From contig NC_043026.1 of the NCBI RefSeq assembly GCF_006345805.1, positions 2,046,001-2,110,000 of the forward strand: a DNA stretch of 64,000 nucleotides, given 5' to 3'. The notes below the pieces were generated by a model that saw only the letters and a program-made list of their open reading frames with translations, ran no database searches and was not told the DNA's origin. The position numbers were made by a program, and so were the translations under genes. Origin of the DNA: Octopus sinensis (taxonomy: Eukaryota). How positions within the stretch are numbered: the first letter of the stretch is position 1; every line of letters begins with the position of its first letter. Of this stretch, positions 55,089 through 64,000 are shown in pieces.

Positions 55089-55263
55089 TAGGAGAGAGAG
55101 AAAGAGAGAGAAAGAAAGGGAGAGAGAGGAGGCAGCCAGAGCTTTGGATAATTCTTTATTAACACTTTTGTTCATTTAACCGAACACTTCAAGACAAAAA
55201 TTAAAACCAAAATTTTTGTCTTGACAAAGAATTATCCAAAATTCTGACTGCCTTCCTTTTTCT

Positions 55264-55346
<83 letters not shown>

Positions 55347-55488
55347 GTATATTATATACATATTTTATCATACATTTCATGTGAGTTTATGTATATATAT
55401 ATACTTGTACATTATATATGCTTATATATTTGTGTGTGTGTTTGTGTATTGTACATATATCATTCTTACATATATACATATATGCATG

Positions 55489-55524
<36 letters not shown>

Positions 55525-57079
55525 ATTACGTAATATAAAATTCTGGTAAATTGTCAAACTTGGCTTTGGCCAAAATATATTTTTTCAATTTAGTTTCCAA
55601 ATGCTAGCTTTGTGTAATGATGTTTACGTTTTTGTAGCATCATATATGCGTATCATATATATGTATGCATGTATGTATGTATGTATGTATGTATGTACAT
55701 ATGTATGGATGTATGTATGTATGAATGTATGTATGAATGTATGTGTGTATGTTTGTATGTATGTATGTATGTTTGTATGTATGTATGTATGTATGTATGT
55801 GTGTATGTATGTATGAATGTATGTGTGTATGTATGTATGTGTGTATGCATGTATGTATGTACGTATGCATGTATGTATGTATGTATGTATGTATGCACGC
55901 ATGCATGCATGCATGTATGTATGTATCTATATAAGCACTCATGCACATGCATATATACATACACTGGAGTATATGTATGCTTAAACACACTTGCACACAT
56001 TTCTTAACATACATTTAAGAGATTCTTCAAGATAAAAATAGATACCAAACATCATCTTAAAAAAATAACAGAAACAGAAAAGAAAATATGAATATAAAAT
56101 AACAACAAATTATGATAAATAATGGTAGACACCTTTTTCACACCTGGATGTGCAACAAAGGTGTAACTTTTTGAAGCCGTAAACTGTGCCAACGCTGGAA
56201 CAGAGGAGATGTAACAGGAAAACAACATTCTCAAGGACCAATACAGGCAAAATATAAGACCAGAGCTCATGTGTGTCACAAACAATGACCTATTGTGACA
56301 CATTCAAATTAAAATTCCAGCTACATGTTGAAAGACTGTGACAGCAGAACTCAAATGTGTCATGTGTGCCAGCAATTTTTCAAGCATTTAAACCATGTTA
56401 CATCTATGAGGCATTGTGTGTGTGTGTGACACATATTAAACAAATTCTTTAATGTGCATGTAGAAAGACAGTGACTGTAGGCAGACCTTGGATGTGTCCT
56501 AGATGTGTTCTGCAAGGTTTTCAGGCAATGAACTGTATCACAACAATGATACACTAAATGGTGTAACACAGATGAGTAGCTTGAATATATCAAATAGACT
56601 GTGACACCAAATTTCAACTGTGTCTTTGTAACACAGTGTTTCAGAGTAACAACAGTCTGTATCATGAAATACATACCAGGGTATGTGACACACAGTTCCT
56701 AAATATTTCATCAGAGTGTGACACACAGAGATTTGAGCTCAGTGACATAACATATGTAACCATGATACCTGAGTATGATTTCGCAAGTCACAATTGTGAC
56801 AAGTTGCCAGGGTTTTCAGTTCAGATGTGTCATAATTGCAACACGACACAAGAGGTTTTAGTTTGACAAGTGTGACAGACAACATTCAAAGTACGAGCTT
56901 GTCACAGTGCAACCAAATACTATTGTTTGCAGTGGAGCTGTGTCACAGTTCTAACATGGCACAGGAGTTTTTAGCCTACTCTCCTGCAACATAAGAGGGG
57001 CACAGTAATACTAACAAACAAAAAAATGGATGAAAATTTTAGTTCCTTTCATGATACAACTGTGACACATCTCCAGAAT

Positions 57080-57400
57080 TTGAATCCAGTTACATCACGT
57101 GTGACAAAAAGGACAAACAGTTTTAAGTTTAGTCACAAGACATGTGACACAGCACCAACATGAGTTTAGTTACATTACATGTATCACAATACCAACATTT
57201 GTATTCAGTCACGTTACATGTGACACAGCACCAACAATTGAATTCAGTCATGTTACGTGTCACGATACCAATATTTGAGTTCAGTAGTTATGTTACATGT
57301 GGCACAGCACCAATATTTGAAGTCAGCATGTCACACATGTTACAATATCAACATTTGAGTACACTACATCAGTTCATGTCGCAACTTTTGTAACACAGCA
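57080..57400 (+). repeat. ~38-bp degenerate minisatellite within a 1.2-kb TGTGACA/TGTCACA-rich zone (56270-57480)
   Basis: Units like ttcagtcacgttacatgtgacacagcaccaacaattgaa are repeated ~7 times. Confidence 0.75.
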
Positions 57401-57479
57401 CTCAAGATTTCAGTTTAGCATTAATGTGTCCATGTCACATAATGACAAGAAAAGTTTCAGACGGATCACATGATGTGTC

Positions 57480-57728
57480 AGCAAAATAAATAAATTTATT
57501 AATTAAACAAAAATGATCAGTAACACAACAGCTTCTATCCAACAAGGTAAAGGTGGGTCCAGGAAGCTGTGGACAAAGAGGTCCCACTTTCAAATACAAC
57601 CAGGCAAGTATTCTGAACATCGAGGGTTTTATAATTTAGAGAAGAAACAATGAGAGGAAGGCCTTTGGATTCAGGGGCCGGCAGACAATTTCTAGTTCAT
57701 CTTCTTTGGAACAGGGATGGCCAGTCAA
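57480..57728 (-). CDS. Candidate terminal exon (coding 57728-57636, then 3'UTR with AATAAA at 57500-57495)
   Basis: Long pyrimidine acceptor (CTTCTCTCTTTCTCTTTCTTGTTGCAG). Frame 0 reads LTGHPCSKEDELEIVCRPLNPKAFLSLFLL*, followed by a unique ~140-nt UTR-like stretch and AATAAA. Confidence 0.5.
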
Positions 57729-58490
57729 CTGCAACAAGAAAGAGAAAGAGAGAAGGTAGATATTAGAGATATTAAGAGCAAGGGGACAGCAACAACATCA
57801 ACAATCATTTTAAGGCTATTTTCCCTCCTAATATGTAAAAAAAGGCCTTTGGCCTTTTTACATACATGTCTGTGTGTATACATACACACGCACACACATA
57901 CACACACACATAATACACACACGCACACATACACACACACATAATACACACACGCACACATACACACACACATAATACACACGCACACATACACATGATG
58001 GGTTTTATTTCCAGAGACTGAAACAAGTAAGAGATAAAAAAACCCCTTTATATTTTAATGGTGGAGGCACATGGCCTAGTGGCTAGAGTAGTGGACTTGT
58101 GGTAGAAGGATCGCAGGTTCGAATCTTAGACCAGGCGTTGTGTGTGTTTAAGAACAAAACACCTAAGTTCCACTTGGCTCCGGCAGAAGGTAATGGCGAA
58201 CTTCTGCTGACTCTTTTGCCACAACTTTCTCTCACTCTTTCCTCCTGCATCTTGCAGCTCACCTGCAACAGACCGGCGTCCCGTCCAGGTGGGGAACCTC
58301 TACGCCAAGGAAACCGGGAAGCCGGCCCTTATGAGCCAGTCATTGCCCGAGAAGGAACAAACAACAACATATTTTAATGATTCAATCTCTCAGACTCATC
58401 AGATGTTTTAATCCAGAAGGTGTAGAAAGTGGATCAGACTGCGCTAGAGTGGATTTCACCACATTATACATTTTTCTTTTTTTTAAATTT

Positions 58491-58868
58491 CTTTTTACTT
58501 GTTTCAGTCATTTGACTGTGGCCATGCTGGAGCACCGCCTTTAGTCGAGCAAATCGACCCCGGGATTTATTCTTTGTAAGCCCAGTACTTATTCTTTCGG
58601 TCTCTTTTGCCGAACCGCTAAGTGACGGGGACGTAAACACACCACCAATCGGTTGTCAAGCGATGTTGGGGGACAAACACACACACACACATATATGAAT
58701 ATATACGACAGGCTTCTTTCAGTTTCCGTCTACCAAATCCACTCACAAGGCATTGGTCGGCCCGGGGCTATAGCAGAAGACACTTGCCCAAGATGCCACG
58801 CAGTGGGACTGAACCCGGAACCATGTGGTTGGTAAGCAAGCTACTTACCACACAGCCACTCCTGCGCC
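58491..58868 (-). mobile_element. SINE family A, full length, reverse orientation (another at 39530-39905)
   Basis: Reverse complement of the family A consensus. Confidence 0.9.
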
Positions 58869-59634
58869 TTCTTCTTGTTTTTTTTTTTATCACTTGTTTC
58901 AGTTATTACACTCCGCCCATGCTGGGGCACCGCCTTGAAGAATTTGTAGTCGAATGGATTGATCCCAGAACATATTTTTAAAGCTTGATACTGTCTTTTG
59001 CTGAACCACAAAGTTACAAGGACAGCAAGTGGAAGTGGACAAACACAGACACACACACATAAAATAACAAAAGTGCTTAGACACGATATAAAACCAAAAA
59101 GGAAAACTTCAATTGTCACTAATAGTGACTGAGGGTGCAGAGTAGCACCTCCATTGCTAGAAACAAGAGTCAAAGACCTTTATAACCATAGAAATCACAG
59201 TGAGCGAGATCACTAAACTTGCAAGCTGGTTTTGCTTGGAACTAAAGTCCATCAGTAGTGACCACTCCATCGCTGAATGGTTTGGTCAAATCTTACCAGT
59301 CAGTATATAATATTTACCAGTCAGGAATCAATTCAGCAAAATGGTAATGTGAAAATTATAAAATAACAAAGCTAGCTATATATATACGATGGGCTTCTTT
59401 CAGTTTCCATTTCTGAAATCCACTGACAAGGCTTTGGTTGACCTGAGGCTATAGTAGAAGACACTTGCCCAAGGTGCCATGCAATGAGACTAAAACCAGA
59501 ATTGTGTGGTTGGGAAGCAAGCTTCTTACCACACAGCTATAGTGACCACTTCATATTAACCACAGCACTTCACAGTGTAGTGGTCAGCATACTGGTTTCC
59601 CAGACACAGGTAACGTGAAGCTCTATCTGCTTAC

Positions 59635-59707
59635 CTTCCAGAATATACAATCACAGTTGCAACAGATACACAGCATGTCTGCAAACGTATCTTTCCTTCC
59701 AAATCGT
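59635..59707 (-). CDS. Candidate 73-nt internal exon of an unidentified gene
   Basis: Strong acceptor (TTTTCTTTCTATTATTGTTGTTTTTTGCAG) and donor (AAG|GTAAGC) around non-repetitive sequence. One open frame reads RFGRKDTFADMLCICCNCDCIFWK and is phase-compatible with the 57728 exon. The frame is not proven. Confidence 0.5.
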
Positions 59708-60382
59708 CTGCAAAAAACAACAATAATAGAAAGAAAATTACAACAACAACAATAATAATAATAATAATAATAATAATAACTTAACTTTATTTCTATCAAA
59801 AAAAAAAAATGAACGAACTAGTGAGTTTAGTTTAATGGCCTACCAATGTATACTATGAGTTTCTTTGCCCTAGGAGTCGTGAAGACACTCGGCAAGAAAT
59901 GGAAGCAAATTTGAAAGAAGAAGAAAAACCCATAAATCATAATAATAATAATAATAATAATAATATCAATAATAATAATAATTGTTTCTGTTATAGGCAC
60001 AAGAATTTGTAAGGAGGAGGATAGTTGATCCTACCAACCCCAGTACGTAACTGGTACCTATTTTATTGGCCTCAAAAGGATGAAAGGCAAAGTCGACCTT
60101 GGTGGAATTTGAACTCAGAGGAAACGCCACAAAGCGTTTCGTCTGCCATGCTAACAGTTCTGCCAGCTCACCATCTTCAATAATAATAATCCTTTCTACT
60201 ACTGAAATTTGGGGGAGGTGAAGCCAGTTGATTAGATTGACCCCAGTACGACACGAGTACTTAATTTATTAACCCCAAAAGATGAAAGTCAAAGTTGACT
60301 TAGGCAGAATTTGAACTCAGAATACACAAAATACTACTAAGCATTTTGCCCAGCATGCTAACGACTCTGCCAGCTCGCTGCC

Positions 60383-60504
<122 letters not shown>

Positions 60505-60811
60505 GGGGAGGGGACTCATCGATTACATTGACCCCCAGTACTCAACTGGCATTTATTTTATCAACCTCCAAAGGATGAAAGGCAAAATCAACATCAGTGG
60601 AATTTGAACTCAAAACCTAAAGATGAACAAAATGCTGCTCAGCATTTCACCCGGCATCTTAACAATTCTGCCGGAACAACAACAACAATAATAATCCTTA
60701 CTACTCTACGCACAAAGCTTAGAATTTGAGGGGAAGGGGGCTAGTCAGTTACATTGACACTAGTGCTAAGCATTTTACCCAGCATGCTAATGACTCAGCC
60801 AGCTCACCACT

Positions 60812-60854
<43 letters not shown>

Positions 60855-60856
<2 letters not shown>

Positions 60857-61410
60857 GCCCTGATGCAGTACCAGGCAGTGGCCCTCGTGGCTTCTGATCT
60901 TAACTGATTGGAAGTGTCCTCATGTACATTGTTTTGTCTTGGTATAAAAGATGGGCTACAGCAAATATTCTGCTCAATACCACAGATTTGCTTGTCAGTT
61001 GTTTGACCTTAACCAGTTGAGCATGTCCCTTAGTGGCTGACGATATGTGCATCTCTGATCACGAGCAGAAGTAGTGGGGGAGTATCATAGCAATGTGCTG
61101 AGAGGAATTCTTGGAGGTTTGGATAATTCACCTTTGGAAACATGGGTGGTTCATTCAACATCTTTAAACAAACCATATTCAGGGACCTTTTGAGTGGGAT
61201 GGGCTACTCGACCAGAAGAAAATTCTAACTGGGCCCCACCTGCAAGGTCATGTGCTGTTTATCTTGATATGAGATCACCATGTCGCGCACATATGGTTGT
61301 GATGTATGTGCCTGGTGTACCCTTATCAGACGGATAGTCACGATGGGTATAATGGCCTTGGTATATTTTACCCCAGTGTCACTTTGATGGTATGCACTGC
61401 TCTCTCACTC
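60855..61410 (+). mobile_element. Complex interspersed repeat flanked on both sides by (AAT)n; probable LINE 3'UTR
   Basis: A 555-bp balanced-composition island with sharp edges in (AAT)n and no ORF. Family assignment (for example Dong/R4-like) is only inference. Confidence 0.4.
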
Positions 61411-61466
<56 letters not shown>

Positions 61467-61982
61467 TAATATCCCATTTGTCTACAGTGAAAGATTTTCT
61501 CCATGACAAAACACAGTGAATGGCTTTCTTACGAGTTCAAATATGCCCCAAGCATATATGAGCAGCCAATAACCTTGCACAAAAAAAAGCATAGCTGTGT
61601 GGTTAAGACATTCACTCAGCTTTGAGGTTGTAGTTTCAATCCTACTGTACAGCACACTACGAGGTCTTGGTCAACCGAAGGCTACAGTAGAAGACACCTA
61701 CTCCGTATGTAACAGAGTGACGTTTGAAACCTGAACCAGAGACTCCAGAAATGAATTTCGTCACCAGATAAGCAATGTTTCTCTTTAGACACAGATTAAT
61801 TACAGTCATGATCTAAATATCTTAACGACCGAATTAATTTTATTCATGGCCACAAATGATAAAGGCACAAGAGGAATTTAGGTCATTTGATTAATGGAAG
61901 CTGAAATAGGAGACAGGGGTCAACTCACATCCACTAACCCCCCCCCTAACATACATTCATGCATGCATACATACATACTATA

Positions 61983-62035
<53 letters not shown>

Positions 62036-62398
62036 ATGTACATATATGCATTTATATATATATATGTATATATATGTATATATATATATATATATATATA
62101 CATACAAACATGTGTGTGTGTGTGAGTACATGTGTGAGTGTGTGCGTGTGTAAATATATATATATATATATATACTCTTTTTACTCTTTTACTTGTTTCA
62201 GTCATTTGACAGTGGCCATGCTGGAGCACCGCCTTTAGTTGAGCACATCGAACCCAGGTTTTATTCTTTGTAAACATAGTGCTTATTCTATCGGTCTCTT
62301 TTGCTGAACTGGTAAGTTACGGGGATGTAAACACACCAGCATCAGTTGTCAAGCGTTGTTGGAGGGGCAAAAACAGACACACAAACATACACACACAC

Positions 62399-62477
<79 letters not shown>

Positions 62478-62484
62478 TTAATAT

Positions 62485-62885
62485 TTGAGGGAATAAAATC
62501 CAAAACTTACAAGGAAAAAAAATTCAATTTAGAAATACTAAATCAAATTTCACACAATATAATATTTATATAAAAAATTAGAAAAAAACACCTTTTATCA
62601 ATTCAAAATGAACAATTAAATTACACCATCCAGAAAATTACATATATAGAAATATTAAAATTAAAATAACAATAAAACATCAAATAGCAAAAAAAAAAAT
62701 AATAATAACTTAAGTTATTCTACAATTTAAATAAGTCATTATTATTATTTATTTTTTTGCAATTTACTTAATCTTTGACATTTTATTGTTATTTTAATTT
62801 TAATATTTCTATAATATGAAATTTTCTAGATGGTGTAATTTAATTGTTCATTTTGAATTGATAAAAGGTGTTTTTTTCTAATTTA
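62485..62885. mobile_element. AT-rich fold-back element (arms ~62576-62680 / 62775-62884) inserted inside a SINE; related fragment at 48620-48725
   Basis: Arms aattagaaaaaaacaccttttatcaattcaaaatgaac... and the reverse complement are read directly. The host SINE is split into tail 62175-62380 and head 62953-63115. Confidence 0.7.
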
Positions 62886-63518
62886 TATATATATATGTAT
62901 GTATATATATATGTATATGTATGTATATATATATATACACACATATATACATGCGATGGAATTCTTCCAGTTTCCGTTTACCAAATCCCCCCAACATGTC
63001 TTTGGTTGGCCCGAGGCTATAGTAGAAGACACTTGCCCTAGATGCTATGCAGTAGGACTGAACCCGGAACCATGTAGTTCTAAGCAGGCTACTTACCAAC
63101 AGCCACTCCTACACCTATACACATATACACACACATATATGCATATATATATACATATTTTTATATACATATATAGATGGTGTGATGGGTAAATTGTTGC
63201 CATTTCATAATTTTAATTTTGAGCATGTGTATTGTTTGTCTCTGATTTTGCCGACTACACAGTATGGGAGGGTCAGTTGGGCACTGTCTGTGAGAAAAAC
63301 AGCCCCATGACACAATTCACTCGGCCAGAAATTTGGAAATGACATGCTGCACTGCTTGAGGAAATTCTGAACTACAGACCCTCAAGTGACTACATATATA
63401 ATGAATCTGTGATTATGTAGATCAGAAAAAGGCGAAACAATTTGTTGGCCTTTTATGGTTTTTATAATTATTTATGTTATAGAATATTATATTATGTTAT
63501 ATATTATATTCATATTAT

Positions 63519-63921
63519 GGAGATGTACTTGCATAGCAAGTGACTTGATCTGAGATCATGTGCTGGAACGAAAACAATTGCAGCGTGGAAGGTGTTTGTA
63601 AGCCATTTAAGAAACACACAAAAACCGTTAGATTCACTTCAACATTTAAATTTAATTTGTCAAAATATTTTCGTCGCTTTTTACACATATATACACATAT
63701 GCAAGCTTATGCAATGAAGTAATTATGTATGTATTTATATATATGTGTGCATTGGTACGAGTGCATATGTTTTTTTTGTGTGTATATACCTGTTCACTGA
63801 CAAAGCTGCATCTCAGTTTTGTCAGGTCGCGGTCTCAAAGTGACAAAAATACTTTGACAAATTAAATTTATATGTTGAAGTGAATCTAACGTTTTTTTGT
63901 GTGTTTCTTAAATGGCTTATA
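63519..63921. mobile_element. Fold-back Penelope-like relic, copy 2 (internal segment in the opposite orientation to copy 1)
   Basis: Same arm sequence (ggagatgtacttgcatagc...cgtcgcttt) and the same internal segment as 46318-46757, but reversed. Confidence 0.65.
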
Positions 63922-64000
63922 GTATTTAATGTAATATTGTAATATAAATAAATTATTGGATTGTCTATAGAATATCTCTATATCAAATTTATCTTTATAT

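Noticed and set aside
58375-58405. CTGATGA on the minus strand (also at 41951, 50846, 51381 and 56709)
   Set aside because: No correctly placed stem II plus GAAA and cleavage triplet, so not hammerheads.
57500-59707. Selenoprotein reading through in-frame TGA in alternative frames
   Set aside because: No SECIS-like structure is recognisable in the putative 3'UTR and no redox motif is present.

Overview
This is AT-rich, microsatellite- and transposon-saturated eukaryotic DNA. The tRNA-derived SINE families and repeat texture strongly resemble Octopus/coleoid genomes (inference). Nearly all ORFs in the supplied track are translated microsatellites. Real genic content is small. (1) The first two coding exons of a phosphotriesterase-related gene (PTER) lie on the minus strand at 27065-27038 and 10408-10243, joined across a 16.6-kb intron, and the rest of the gene appears to lie left of the window. 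(2) Two candidate last exons of an unidentified minus-strand gene lie at 59707-59635 and 57728-~57480, with an AATAAA signal. The rest is dozens of SINEs, relics of maT/DD37D mariner, Merlin, Helitron, hAT and pogo-like MITEs, Tx1/L1-, Hero/RLE-, CR1- and RTE-type LINE fragments, long simple repeats and a 100-N gap. The most notable unannotated signal is a set of type I hammerhead ribozyme motifs in several unrelated small, often fold-back, Penelope-like termini. Two have fully canonical cores (9343-9456, and 52229-52342 inside a 447-bp palindrome), and one family has a compensatory G3:C8 core swap. Coordinates of repeats are approximate and were read by eye. No searches were run.
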